A DNA stretch of 62,616 bases, the filler included, from Circinaria calcarea (lineage: Eukaryota), in the NCBI GenBank assembly GCA_051942165.1. It is 5 parts of 5 records of this genome, joined end to end, with 100 filler letters (N's around TTAATTAATTAA, not from the genome) between each part and the next. Parts side by side here need not be neighbours in the genome. Positions count along the whole stretch, not along the records: positions 1 to 12,471 come from JAVECS010000565.1; positions 12,572 to 25,027 come from JAVECS010000566.1; 3 more parts are not named here. One strand, 5' to 3'. The notes beneath the pieces were generated by a model. That model made no database searches. It was given only the letters and a program-made list of their open reading frames with translations, and was not told where the DNA came from. A program made the position numbers and the translations under genes. This document shows, one piece after another, positions 1 to 13,723 of the stretch. The first letter of the stretch is position 1, and each line of letters opens with the position of its first letter.

Positions 1-1
1 T

Positions 2-874
2 GTAAAGCTGGCTACCGTCCAGGACATGTTCACTTCAACCAGACCAGTCAGTGTTCTCTATCTCAAGGGCCTTGAACACGATGATCCAGACCTATATCCT
101 GTATCATTACCCGGGCAGCCTCAGGATTTGACCAAGGTCCAGCTGAGCAGTCGTCGTACATCTTGGGAACAAAAGCCGAGCGCTGAGTCGACCCCTACGG
201 ACTCCTCCCTGGTCTCGCCTTCACTCAGCAATCAATCGCTACTGTCTCATTCACGTTCCAAGGAAATGTCTACCATTCAAAAATCCACACCTCTCCGCTT
301 GACGAACCAATTATCAAGTGATTGGCCTGTCTCGGCCGACTTTACCGGTCTACAAGATTCGAGGACCATGTTCAATCTACCGGATGTTCTCTCTCATACT
401 ACTAAAGTCCCCAGGGGTAGTATTGATGGAACTTTGCCGGACTGGATCGAAGCGTTGGGGGTAGACTCCGCATACAAACCGCCTCCCGAGCGACTGGTGA
501 AGCCGGTTGCCTGCTTTTACGTCCTTGTCAGGGTCTCTGGTAAAACGCCAGTTGATGGTTATTACCGAGCCGTGTACCTCATGCAGAGGACAGTTCGTGA
601 CTTGATTCACAGTATCGCCGCAAAATGTGAGGTTGACTGCAACCGGGTCCAGCGAGTGCTGCGGATCAACTCCAAAGGTCTAAAAATCATGGTTGACGAC
701 GAAGTTGTCAGGGAGCTTCCCGAAAGTCAAGATATGTCAGTCGAGTTTGCCGAGGTTGACTCCGACGGTCCTATGAAGCAAGAACCGGGTCCCGTGTCGG
801 GCAGTGCGTCTCTCCCCGAACAATTTGTTCCCAATGCCTTTTTAAAGGCCATGGAGATGAGACTTATATTTTGA
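2..874 (+). CDS. Grainyhead/CP2-family transcription factor, 3' portion (5' truncated by contig start)
   Basis: Frame open from base 2; C-terminal YYRAVYLMQRTVRDL...KGLKIMVDDEVVRELPESQDM matches my recollection of the fungal Grainyhead-like C-terminal region. Confidence 0.8.
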   Translation, partial: VKLATVQDMFTSTRPVSVLYLKGLEHDDPDLYPVSLPGQPQDLTKVQLSSRRTSWEQKPSAESTPTDSSLVSPSLSNQSLLSHSRSKEMSTIQKSTPLRLTNQLSSDWPVSADFTGLQDSRTMFNLPDVLSHTTKVPRGSIDGTLPDWIEALGVDSAYKPPPERLVKPVACFYVLVRVSGKTPVDGYYRAVYLMQRTVRDLIHSIAAKCEVDCNRVQRVLRINSKGLKIMVDDEVVRELPESQDMSVEFAEVDSDGPMKQEPGPVSGSASLPEQFVPNAFLKAMEMRLIF

Positions 875-3800
875 GGCTGCCATATATTGCTTTTGTTGTT
901 TATGATACCCCACTCTGCGTTACGATCATCACGCCGGATCTCGTTGCTTTTAGTTTTCCTTCTTCTGCTGGTGCAAGATTTGAATCTTTCAGAGACTGTC
1001 ATTGGCTGGTACTCGTCACACAATCCTGATGTTCTTGGTGGAGCCTATCTCCAATCCCCGCGAGACAGAGCTATGGAAAGGAATGCTAGTGGCCGCGTGC
1101 CGTTTTGCGACCAAGGGGTTATATCCAATCCAAGATAGGGATTGATTGATTGTGGGCTTTTTCTCTCCGGAGCTTTTCTCTCTGGAGCTTTTCTCTCTTA
1201 CACGATTTTCGGCGTCTGACTCGGAGATGATACACGGGTTTCCGAGCAATGTCATTACGCTACGACGCACACGAACAACTTGATACCCATACCAATTCCC
1301 AATTATCCTTTCGTGGCCAAGTCTGATTGGGGGTTTAGATATGCGTTCTTGGCTGCTATACATAGGAAGATGCACTGTATTTAGCCATTCCACCTCTCCC
1401 TATTTCTGTACATGTTCGGGGGATACCCACGGCGGAAGGTGCTTGTACTACGATGGTTGTCGATCGTCTGTTACATGGCACTACAGGACTTGGCCACCCT
1501 TAGAATAATCTATCGCATACCATCCAACCCTGTTTGGCCCGAAATCGACGGTGAAGTCATCATTTTCCGCCGTGAATAATGGCCACGGCCCATAGGACGG
1601 TGTTTCCTTATGCGCGCACGAGTCATTACCGTCCAGGGGAGTTTGCATGCCATCGAAACATCTAATCTTGACGCAAGAAGCGGTCCCTTGCATTCCTACC
1701 GGCATGATCCCACACCCCCGCATCCCATTCGTACCTGGCCGGCCTACCGCCACAACCTTACACCGACCTCACAGCACACCTCCATCTCCACCGCTTCTCC
1801 ACCCACCCGAATCTACGGTCGATCCCGCCTTCGCCACGCATACGAGCAGATCTCGATGCGGTGCATTGGGCATACAAAGCGCCCGAAATACCTCCATCCG
1901 CGCATGTAGGCCTGTAATCCCCTTCCTGGTGGCGCAGATCTCGCCCTCGAGCCACCGCTAGTCGTTGTCTGCAGCGCATGACCCGGCGGGGCGTCCCCCT
2001 CCGTCTGGGGATCGGCTTTTCTGCCTGGCTGCTATTAATAAGAGACGGGCTGGATGGGATCGACAGGTTCTGAAGACTGACGCAAGCTCCAAAAAGGTAC
2101 ATTCTCCATCTGGAGAGGATCGGCAGGCGTGTGATGTGGCTGCTGTGGCTGTGCTTCCCATCGCCAAGCCAACGGAATCCCCTCCGCTTGACCAGATGCG
2201 TCGCGACTTTGTGCGCGCTGAACGAAATTAGAAACGCTGCAACACTATCGGAATCATACCGTGATGCTGTAATGTCTGTCCATTTACGGACCGAACCTCC
2301 GGACCATTTTGGTTGCGAACGTTGGCACAGAGGTTCGCGAGGGGTCTATTGGTACCTAAACTCCTTCCCCACAAGAAATGGGTGTCCACGAGAATATTCT
2401 CTCTGTTCTGAGTCACACCTTTTGGATAGTTTGTGTCGAAGTTGGCGCGGATAACACCGGGCATGTTACGACGTAGCCAAGTCGACACACTGTCCCCAAT
2501 GAAGGTCACTTGAGTGCTTATCGGTGGCGTCGTCATCCCAAATGCATCAGTGTGTTGTCTAAGCACCACTGCCAAAGAGGAAGCCCGTTCACTGTGCTTG
2601 TATGCTGGCTTTCATCCACTCGAACACTAACACTCTATCAAGCAATCTGTACGGATAATATCAGCCTTTCCTTCAGATCTGCCGTCAACCAAGTCTTCAG
2701 GTCCGTCTACAAACCCAAATTGTCGCCTGAAGTCATCGGTCTCTGTAGCTACCTTGGGGAGTAGCAATACCTTATTGCCGAGTACGCTGAAGAGTCACCA
2801 ATGCACGACTCCACTTGACTCATCAGCCACAAGTTTTTGGAGATCTATTCGATTCCTTTTGCTATCGGGGAGTAACATTCTCTTAGACAGAGGCACGAGG
2901 CTTTAAGACCCCAAGGATACTAGAGGGGGTATTCTTGAGCGGAAGCCGCGCACTTGTCGGTAATCGATTACGAAGGAGCCCCAAGAAAGCATCGTGGTAT
3001 CCTCAGCTGAGGGTACATGCAAGCAGATTCCAAAGGCACAATAGGACGAGTAGGACGCTTGCCAATAGATTGCTGAACAGCAATCTACGCCATTCACGGA
3101 ATGGCTAGTTGACGAGTCAAAAGGAGCTCACGCGTGAACTGGCAAATACTGCATTGATGGGAACAACCGAGGACATATTAGGGTAAGTCTAAACTCATTC
3201 CTCTCAACGATACATGTATCATCTGTACCATGTAGATCGAATTTGATCTATATCATCAGGGCATGAAAGAGTCTGACATGCATAATGAACTAGGCGAGTA
3301 CATGGCACACCCTGAACTCTCGAAGTCATCTGCTTCACCAGAGACCCTTTACAGAGTACCATCCAAAACTTAACTCGGCAGGCCACTACTAGAACACTTC
3401 CTCTCTCCCAATCATCTGTGGAAGAGTGTGGCACATGAACGTCGTTTCCATGTACCTCCTTTGCCGCACAATATCTCTCCACCTCGGATTGGTCAACAAA
3501 ATGCGCCCGATCCTTCGAAGTGCTATTTAGCCCGCTGCAACCGTAAAGTCGCGCAGCTTCGGGACATTTATTTTTATCCATGCATCGTGAATTCGCATGC
3601 TATGTGCATGTGACGGCATATGCAAGTTAAATGCTACTGCTTATATTATATGTGCTGTAAATGGTCGTCGGGTGTCAGGGGCTTCTTTTGCCCCTGGCGG
3701 CTCCAGTGTTGTCATATTCAAGGTAGGCTTAGTTAGTATCGTCGTATATGCAGAGCCAAGTCTCTACCCACCGCCATTCTGCTTCGATTTTGGATTTCAA

Positions 3801-5125
3801 TAGGTGGTGCTTTGACTTGCGCTAAAAGGTAAGTTTTAGTCAAGAAGCCTGGGCTTGTTTCAAGTATATTGTGAGCAGCATTCCATTCGGAAAATTCACT
3901 CGAACTGTGTAGAAATCGACGATTAATTCATATTTGTTTTCATAGGTTTAGCTGGGCATGGTGTTTGATTTGATTTCTTATTTCTTTCTTTACATAAGAA
4001 TTTGAGTTTGCTCACCTCTGCTCCACCTCTCCCTACCGTTTTGTCTTAGCCCCTGTCTTTTTTTTCTCCCTCTACCATATTCTCCATACCTTATTTTTCT
4101 TACTGAAAATCAGAAATAATGTAGCTTTTATCTCACTACCTATCGATATGATTATTTGTTAGTTACGAAAACTACTACTTTCTAATACGTTTATGCCGCC
4201 TTACTAGAAAAGGTATCTATACTTTACGAAAAGGTGGGTAGTTATCATCTTTGGATTGAATGAAAAATAACCAACGCGTCACTACTCGCGGAATTAATCG
4301 GCAGGTCTTAGTTATATTATATGCGGGTAACTCGTGGCCTTTTCTGGTCTTGCCTTGATGACCCTGTTCGAGGCGACGGACCGCTGTATCAGCTGCCAGC
4401 CAGGAAGAGCCGAAAGTCATTGTCGCAGCATATCTAATCTTCTATCGCTAGCGATTGCTGTCCCTGTTTCCTACTCGTCGCACGAGATAGCTGTCTAGAA
4501 ACCATAAATGCATTCGTGGCCGTTTTCCGATCTGTGACCGGTTTCGTCTTCCACTCAAACCGCTTGAGGAACGGCTTCGGAGGAGAGGCAGTCTGAACCA
4601 GAGCGACAGTGGGACGATTAGGCGCAACCACATTGGCATTTTCATTTCTTAGCACAATCAGGTTCTATTCGAAATTAGTCGGCCACCGTTTCTATACACT
4701 AGTCGTGGATTCAAACTTCGACCCTAAACGTCCGGCCAAAAATCACCTTCAGGGCTTTTCTTTACACGGCTTCCATCTTCACAGGCGGCTCAACCGAGGA
4801 GCCAGGTGCTAACAAGCTCACGAAGCAAATTCTAGCAAGTCGAGGAAAGCAACGATAACGCCTTCGCACATGTAGATTATTGAAACAATCAGGCGCGCAT
4901 CGAACTCCTTTCTACTTTTGTATAAGAAGATGGATCTAACAGGCTACAGATACTCCTATGACCATTCGTCCTCGATTACTAAGATGCGGGCATTGGACCG
5001 AAGTGGAGATGACGAGTCTCCTACCTTGTCACGCCTAGTACGTCGAGTGGCAATAATGGACACCGTGGGTGAGTCAAAGGCCGTAAGGCCTCAGGAACAT
5101 AAGAAGCAAGAAGATGACTACACAT

Positions 5126-5241
5126 CAGGACCGCCAGTAGTCGAGCAGTTCAGACTGGCAGTCCAGTCGAGTATGCTGGACTGAACTGCCAGTCCCAGTC
5201 TATCATTTGGACTGGACTTTTTGGACTACTGGCGGGCCCTG
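5126..5241. mobile_element. hAT-type MITE, 116 bp
   Basis: TIRs CAGGACCGCCAGTAGTC / GACTACTGGCGGGCCCTG; exact 8-bp TSD CTACACAT at 5118-5125 and 5242-5249; internal hairpin 5153-5194. Confidence 0.85.
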
Positions 5242-6754
5242 CTACACATGCGGCATTGGTTCAAGGAAATCACGACATTTGAACAAGAATATCAAAGAGG
5301 GGCAGGAATGAGACCTCAAGCATCCAGGCACAGGAAAAGTATGCCCAGCTCCAAATCCCTTCCCACCTCCCTCGTTCTTGAAATTCCACAACATCATGCT
5401 TGCATCCCAACACCTTCTCGCCCTTTTTCATTTCTCTCTAGCCCTTCCGGCCACCCTCCCCCACCATCCTTTCCACTCACAGAGTTCCTCAACTTGCACA
5501 AACTCAGCACATAGCGGGACACTCCTCTTCTATATACCTTCAAATGTTTCCTATCGCTGAAGTTGCAACAAAAATCCAAACGCAACAACCACTTTGTTAG
5601 GGTTAATATGTATGGTGGCATTTGTATTGCTATCTGAGTGTGCGTTGACTATCTAAGCTAGCATACACAGCGAAAAAAGGGAAAAAACGCTTTTTAGAGG
5701 TATATCAGAGAGAGAGAGTGTGTGTGTCGGAGCATAGACCACACAGCATTACCCCTCATTACTGGTAAGTAACACCGTTAATCCGGTAAGCCCCCCTATC
5801 CATGACTTTTTCCAACAAACCTTTCTTCAAGTAAAAAAGCAAAAGTCAGTTCCAGCATCCTTTACCCCTTTTTGAGTTTTTCCTTCTCCTCCGGTTCTCG
5901 AACTTTTGGAGGAACGAGGACCGGAACCCGGGAACCCGGAACCCAACGCATGCCAAGATTTGTAGATTGTAGATTGCAAAACCCGTAGAGGCCCAGGCCA
6001 GATGTACTCTTGCAATACACAACCCGTACCACATTTACCGTCGAGTTATTTATTCTCAACAAGGGTTTACTTTACTTTACTTTACTGAGCCTGAGCTTAT
6101 ACAGTTTCATAAATACACATGCACATGCACATACAACGACCCGGTACTGTCTACTTTTAAAATGCCGAATGCCGAATACTGAATGCAGCGTGCAGTATGC
6201 AGCGTGTAGCGTGTAGCGTGTACGCAAGTAAGAAAGGGGGTTGTCGAGCAGCGAGCAGCGAGCTTAGGAAAGAATCCAGGAAAGAACCCAAGGAGCCTGG
6301 ACACCTCGTTCAAGGCCAAGTTCAAGTTCCACTTCAAGCAAAAGCAAAAGCAAAAGCAAAAGCAAAGCCCGTGAACTGACTGACTCGGGTACTCGGTACT
6401 CGGTTCCGTATGCTTTTCCGATAGGGTAGGTGGGGGGGGATGTTTCCCTTCAACCAACAACCAATCTTTCCTTTTGGCATTTGAAATTTTTTTATAAATT
6501 TTCGTTTCTTTTTTCTTTTTTTTTTTCTTTTTTATTTGGATCATGGATGTTTTTCCCCCATCATCCATCATATAGATTGATTACCCATCTATACTTCATT
6601 CAAATACACATGTACAAGAAACGAAAAAAAAGAGATACTCTCCAAGCCCCCTTTCGTAGCCCACCGCTTCGCTACTGGGCGGGGCGCCTTCCCGTCCCCG
6701 CTTACCAGATTTGGTTTACAAGGTTGGTTTACAAGATCTGGTTTGCTTTACTTT

Positions 6755-9700
6755 CTACCAAATCCATCCGATAAGAACAAGACAAAGTCCACCAAAGGAC
6801 CCCCATAGCCACGATCCCATTCCACCGCGTAACCTCCTCCCAGCACCAGCAGCACCACCCGTAAAAGGCGTCCCGTACTCCGAGCCATTACCACCCGATA
6901 CCAACCCCGAGGAGCCGTGAACCGCACTCGTAGAAGAAGCAGGCACTCCGCCAACTTGGCCGAAGCCCGACATGATCAACGGGCCCAGCCCCCCAGCATC
7001 ACTCGTTTGCGCATCAGTCGTGGGGATAGGCACCGCCAGAGTCGCCGTCCTACTCCCAATCACAAGCATCGAACTCCCCAACGACACGAGCGTGCCATCG
7101 ACCGTGACGCCTGGACTTCCAGGCCTGAGGGTCGTGCCGGCAATGATGATGGCGCTGGATTCGATACCAATGGTTTGGCGGCCGATTTGGATATAGGTTG
7201 GTACAGGGGTAGCAGTAGGAGTAGGAGTAGGAAGGGTCACGGTGGAGGAACCGATGACCAGAACGCCCGAGGGCCCGAGACTTATAGGCGTACCTGAGAT
7301 GGTGAGGCCCGGTGAGTTGGGAGTGAGGGTGGTGCCGTCAAAGGCAATGACTTGGCCGGATTGGCCAGGTAGAGCGGTGATGGCTTGACCTGCGATTGTA
7401 GCGATAGGCGGGGCGGTGGCTGCCACCGACATAAAGATTGGAATCGCTTTGCTGTTTCCGAGAACGACGCCGGCGGTGCCAAGAGATACTGGAGTGCCGG
7501 ATATGGTGATTGCTGGCTGGTTTAGAACTGCTGTTTGACTGCCGATGATAATTGCAGAGGGGTTTACAATTGAGGCGGTTTGGCCGCCAAGAACGATTGG
7601 TGATGCAGGTACAGCTTGGGGAGTTTGTACACCTTGGACTGCGGTTGGAGTTGGGGCGGTTGGGATAGGAGCACCTTGACCGTTGATAAATACGGATCCA
7701 GAATTCAATGAGATGGGTACACCAGCTATTGCAGTAAGAGTTTGCTCTTGTGTCAAGGTCTGACTGCGAAAGATGACAACACCCGAGGAGCCTGCTACTG
7801 GGGTGACAAGTTCTCCACCGACAGTCACGGGCAAAGGTACATCCGAAGATTTGGATGCTTGAGGTTGAGGGTCTATATACACGGAATTTGCGGCAGGCAC
7901 TGATACAGCACTACTGGGCGTTGGCTGTTTTAGAGGTGTTTTGGGAGAAAAATTAGTCACCGACGACTGAACCGCTGCTGGATTCTGCGGTGGGTTTGGG
8001 CTTTGAGGAGGATCTGCAGGCCGTGATGGATCGGCAATCTGACTTGGATCTGATTTGGGTAGGTCAGAATTTCCAATACTTGGTGGGTTAGGATTGTCAT
8101 CATTTGGTGGTTCGGAATTTCCACTGCCCGGACCCGGGGGGTCAGAATTTCCAAGAGTTGGTGGGTCAGAATTGCCATCGTTTGGTGGTTTGGAATTTCC
8201 ACTGCCCGGGCCCGGGGAAACACTCGGGGAACCTGTGTCAATAGGCAACGCTGGAATCGGTGGACTAGGTGCTGCCGAAGAGGTAGGAATGACAGGGTCA
8301 ACGCTAAACGTCACAGGAGCGATAGCTGATGCTCTTGTCAAGGCAAACGGGGGATCCTGCCCTTGCCAATAATCTTGATGGCAGCCTTTCCACAGAGGTT
8401 CCATGTCTATCAGTTTGGACGGTGCCGCAATAATCGGTTGATATAGTGTTTGCTGGCCGCCATTTGGGAGAAACTGGTTGATGATGGTTGTGTTACCAGG
8501 CCCGCATGGGAAGTCAGCGAAATTGAAAGGGAGCGTTGTTCCCTTGCCCAGTGCCACAGGACCTGGGCCTCGGCCAACTACCGATGATAGTTCGCCTGGT
8601 GCCAATGCAAGCGTAAGAGATGTGATATTAGGGCCGCGTAGTCCACATGCATCTTGGGCAAGTACGTTTGGGAACACAACATATGCAGAAGGATAGGTAC
8701 TGCCAGGCTAGTTAGAATATACCAAATGCTTTTAGTTGAGCTTAGCGGGACTACTGACTAGACAAAGCCATCAGAACCAGTCATAAAGCTGCCCAACGTC
8801 GGCTGAGCACGGGGGGTGATATCATGGGACCGGGTCGCTGAAGAATGTGCTTTGGTGGTTACTGTCTTTAGACATCCGGTATTCGCTTCCGACTCAGGCC
8901 AGTAGATCACTTGGACGTTGTTAAAATATAAACTGCAACTACCGCAGCAAAAGCCAGCCATTTGTCCACTTCCCCTGGTCCTAGTTTGGAAACCGATTCC
9001 ATTGGTGATCTGCCCATTACCTCCGGTAAAGGTGGTTACTTGAGCAAAGGTCTGTGTTGTGTTCGGTTTGGTAGCGATAAAGGATGAATAAGCCGCCGTA
9101 CAAGCCGGCTGCCTTCCGTAACTGACGAACGAGCTTGCTGCCGCTACTTGCGCCGCATCCCAAGTAGTTCCGTCCCCAACGAAGTAATTGATGTAAGGAG
9201 ACCGGTCCCAACTAGGATACGAAGCAGTGGATGTTGTATTTGAAGGGGTCGAAGCAATCAAGACATCAACGAGTGAGGCATACGTGACAAAAGTTGTTGG
9301 ACCGGTTATAGTAAAAGTATCAAAGTCATCGCCCTTTCGCACCTGATAAGTTTTGGGCTTAGCGTCCGACACAACATAAGTTACGGGCTTCAGCGATACT
9401 CGAGTGGTTATGAAGAGACTCGCAGTCGCATTCGGACTTGAGGAGATTGATAGCGCAACAGCGCCTGAAAAAACGGAACTGTTTGAGAGTAATGCATCCT
9501 GCGTAGATGAGGAGGTAGGAGCCGGTTGAAATGTTGTAATCAAAGAGGGTGAGGGCGAGGGCCCTGAAGAGGGCAGTGTCGTCGAATCGATCGAGAAAGT
9601 TAAGCTCGTTACCGTGCTAGGAAGCAGAGAACTAGTAGTTGAGACTATTGTTGTGCTCGACGTGTTGGAGAATTTCAACGAAGGAGAAACTATGCTAGGA

Positions 9701-9875
9701 TTTACTGATGAAGAAGTAGAGGACACCAGCCGCAAAAAAGCTATAATCGAACAACAGTTTAGTAACGTAGAGCGTAACTTTGTAGAGGCTTGGAGCCATG
9801 ACACTAACTGATGAGGATGAATGAAAGGGCAGAGCAAGCTTCACGGCCCGCATTTCTTGTTCTTGACGAGGACAT
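6755..9875 (-). CDS. Secreted GPI-anchored Ser/Thr/Pro-rich cell-wall protein with Cys-containing central domain and beta-type repeats (3 exons)
   Basis: ATG 9875 gives signal peptide MSSSRTRNAGREACSALSFILITFLRLVSS after removing intron 9741-9808 (GTTAGT..TAG); intron 8700-8758 (GTCAGT..CTAAC..CAG) joins the 359-aa and 640-aa ORFs; about 5 repeats like TLTPNSPGLTISGTPISLG; hydrophobic C-terminal GPI-like tail. Confidence 0.8.
8060..8215 (-). repeat. In-frame 78-bp (26-aa) tandem duplication GPGSGNSxPPNDxNxxPPxxGNSD
   Basis: Two near-identical units visible in DNA and protein. Confidence 0.85.
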
Positions 9876-12471
9876 GCTGAAAAGACAGAAAGAGAAACGA
9901 CCATCGACGGCAAACCTAACGAACGTTGAAAGGAAAACATATGGCCGGGGACATTGACCTGAATATACCTATGCTAAGCGGCACATACATGTACTACTTT
10001 CAGAACTACTTCTTGGCGGCCGATGGATCACGTATAAGCCTTGAGGCTTAGTAGTTGGCTCCTACGAAGTATCCCCATGATCGTTGCGGCATGTATTTAT
10101 ATAATCCCATGCACGCCATCGTCGTTTGTCATTGGATGAATACTCCGGACTTTCGTTGACGCTAGAAACAAGTATCCAATCGTCTCGGACTCCGGGCGCC
10201 GACATTTACGAGTAAACTGTCCCCTTGCAGCATTTGGCATTTTTAGTCATCCTAGTACACCATGTGCCCATCCACCCACATCTTTGCTATGGGCTGTGTC
10301 TTTCGATCCATGATCTTAGGATGTTTACAAAATCAATGGTAGGTGTGTATAAGCCCTCTGCATTGCTTAATCCGGTCTCATCCCTCAAATGTATCTGCTT
10401 GAAACGAGTATCAATCGGTAAGGGGGTCAGAAAGCTATTGATTGGTCCAGCTTTAATCTAGCTAGCGGTACTTTTGGGATTCCAATCCTAATTGTCAGAA
10501 ATCAGACCAAAGACTCAGCTGTGGGCAACGACCCAGGTCATGGTAAACCCCGAGCCTATCAAGTTCTACAACACGCTTACGGAGTACTTCTTCGGTTTTG
10601 TCATACATCCCCGTGTATCCATGGATCATCCTACTCCCTCCGCTTGATGTATTTTTAAATAGTTGGTACCAGCGCTGTAAACGTCAGCCGCCGTGGTCCG
10701 AGGGATGCTGGCGACGGAGTCTTCGACGGCACCGAGGCGGGTGAAGGTACGCTGTGTGGGAGATCGGCCGAGGACTGGCATGTTCGCATATTCTCACTTA
10801 ATCCATTACTCAGAGGTTCTTAATTTTCCACTTCGTTGGCAAGCTAGCGCATGAAGAGGTTTATCGATGTCCGTTGCAGAAAAAGCCGCTCGGATGCTCA
10901 GCGAGATACTCTCCTATGAGCATAAAGGTGGAGGCCACTCGAGTGGTATGTCTTGACTAGCTGCTTCCTCTGCTTCCTCTGCAGCAGTCTCTCTACGCTT
11001 CGGGTATCAGCGTGCGAGAATTGCAAAGTCGGCTTCAAGAAAAGGAAGAAAAGGAGAGCAAGGGTGCTATAAGCGTACATCAACAGGAGGAGCCTGCTGA
11101 CATCCTTACAGGCTTAGTACGGCTATAGATAAAATGTATTAGTAGCAAAGAACTACTCCGAGTTGAAATATTGGTAGGCATATTGAATAGAATAGCCCAC
11201 CACGTATGAAGATTCCCTAGAGCGTAAGTAATCTGTTGTTTCGGAACTACACAAAGGTGGTCTGGAGTGTCACTTCGCTGCTCCACATGAATTCAGGTAG
11301 GAAAATCGACCCTTTGCATATCGATAAGGCCGTGTTAGATAGATGCCTTTCCAGATCACCGACACGTGGGTACTTTATGGAGATAAGGCCCGGCTAGGTA
11401 AGCCCCATCGCCGCTTTTCACGTTCTCCTTCTCCGTGCATGGACCACCAACCAGCTAGGTCCCCAAGGCCGGGAATCCCATCGGGCCAAGGCCCCGGAGA
11501 ACTCCACGTTCGTCTGAAGGTTTACCCCTGAAATTCCGCTGGGAAGGGGCCGAAAAAGCAAAATTTTTAAGATTGTAGGGTCGGCTTACAGGGCTTGGCT
11601 CATGATTAGCGTTCTTTGTTACTCCCTGGCTCGGGCGGCTCTAGTAAGCTTGGCAGGTAGGTTGATGCGCCGGGCTTGTTGTGCGTGGTGGGATTGATTG
11701 TGGGAGCTTTCTTGGAAATGAGCAGGTGTCCGGGTAGGTAGTTGGGTATTTTGCGACTGGTGAGGGCTTTGTGTACGATCATATTTGGATCTTTGGAAAG
11801 ATTCAACCTTTATCGAGTGCGGATTCGAAAGACTTGCAAGTCCTCTCGGTCCACGAAGGAGCAACTGTTTCCGGGATCATTTATGCGCACCCAGGGGCTA
11901 CTGCGGTAGGGATAGATTGCGACACACCGGCGCCGTCGGGCTAAGATACGGGCTGAGAGCAAATCCTGTGGAAATTATTTGTCGCTTGTAGAATGGCCCG
12001 GGGGGAGAGCCCTGCCTCTCATCTTATCTTTTAATGAGAGGATCGAGACCAGGATCGAGACCATCACCGCGTCTTGGGGAATTACGCATTGCAAGAAACC
12101 ACATTTAACCTTCATTCCGTAAGAAACCTTATGTTCGTCGACAAAATTGTAGGCTGGAGCAAAAACCAAGATTTATTTCCTGCTCTCGCGATATACCCCT
12201 GATCCATTCCGGCTATATGTCCACCGTAGCTATCGCGAGAAACCCAAATATCAACAAAAAGTGGTCAAGTAATCAACCTTTGGAATCGAAGAAAGAAGTT
12301 ATGAGATGGACATCAACATCGCCAAGTCCCGCCAAGAGACACAAGTGAAGAAATGTTCAGTAAAACACAACCCAGAGTCTGTTGTCTCCACTTCCCACGT
12401 CAGCAACGCCGGTGCCTCCCTCAATGTACACCTTGCCCTGGAGCGCCTTTGATTGCAACCAATCAATTGCT

Positions 12472-12571
12472 NNNNNNNNNNNNNNNNNNNNNNNNNNNNN
12501 NNNNNNNNNNNNNNNTTAATTAATTAANNNNNNNNNNNNNNNNNNNNNNNNNNNNNNNNNNNNNNNNNNNN
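12472..12571. other. Artificial contig spacer N44-TTAATTAATTAA-N44
   Basis: Identical 100-bp spacer with six-frame stop linker at four places. Confidence 0.99.
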
Positions 12572-13723
12572 TCATCACTACCACTTATCCCCGCCTGGTG
12601 GCATCAATACGCTAATCGAATCTTGGGCCAAAAATCGAGTATAGTGAATTTCCATTACAGCCAATGCACAGTATACGAGATCGAGATGAAGAACTGCTAT
12701 CCTGTTCTGGAAGATGAGATACATCAAGACGGCATCGATTTGACTGTATATGAAACTTGGATCTATTGGGACTCATTGCTAAAGGGTGTCTTCAAAAGAG
12801 CCGAGTTGGTAAGGCATCTTGTGAAAGCTATGGAGGACCAGGAGGACCACTTCGAGCAGGACTCTGACTCCAAACGTAGTTACTCTTCAGCAGCTGTCGC
12901 GCATGTTCCATCAGCTCAAGGTATGTGTAGAACACCGGTAATACGAACTGTGAATATTACTCATTTCCCAAGGGGACGGACTCCGTAGACGCAATAATTT
13001 AATCAAGCAACGTACAAATATCGAAGAAAATATAGGAGATCGGACAACCAAAGGTGATATGAAGGTCTCTGATCGTTCGCCGTCCATCGAGAAGAGCCCG
13101 AAAAATGTTCCAGCCGAAGCGGTTATACGATCGTCCTTTATTATGCCATATATGAGGAATATTTGGAAACGGCTTTGCGGAACCTCGGATAAGAGAACCA
13201 GAAAAACCGAGTCAAAATTGAAGCGGAATCCTAGAAGGAACATCGTTTCCGTAAGTCGTATACCCAAGCATTAGACATCCCCTCCGCTTAATATGCACAG
13301 GCCAGCCAGACTGTCTTCACAGTTAATGTTTTATCCCTTTTGGTCTGCACCGCACTCCAAACGTTCGCTGTCGTTCTTCAGCAGCGTGAGCAGCGGCAGT
13401 TTCGTTGGGGTAACGCGGATTCCTTAACGGCCATACAGACTCTGATCACTCAAATCTTGGCACTTTATACAAACCTCTGCTCAGCGAAACAGGATGGACG
13501 CATATATAATCACTTCGGCTGGCAGATGTATCTTTGGGCTGGGATTGCATTCATCTGTCCGGTCCTTGCAACAGCCTTTCTTTCTTTTCAAGGCTGGTTA
13601 TCGCCCCTTCTGTATTTTGGAGGCACAGCTGGAAATGCGTGCCTTGGAGTTTTACTGTGTAGCAGTATCAAAACTGCAAAAGATGAGGCAAGGCAAGAGA
13701 GTGTTCCCCTTGATCAAGTTTGA
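12572..13723 (+). CDS. Hypothetical membrane protein, C-terminal multi-TM region (5' end probably lost in gap)
   Basis: Introns 12921-12970 (GTATGT..AAG) and 13251-13300 (GTAAGT..CAG) join ORFs 12623, 13059 and 13340 in one frame; hydrophobic segments TVNVLSLLVCTALQTFAVVL, MYLWAGIAFICPVLATAFL, PLLYFGGTAGNACLGVLLC. Confidence 0.65.

Noticed and set aside
880..5100. Numerous 60-125-aa ORFs
   Set aside because: No recognisable motifs or consistent splice structure; treated as intergenic
10000..12471. Short ORFs such as 11619-11864
   Set aside because: Could be gene remnants but no family recognisable
12516..12527. TTAATTAATTAA palindrome recurring about every 12.5 kb
   Set aside because: Synthetic six-frame stop linker inside N spacers
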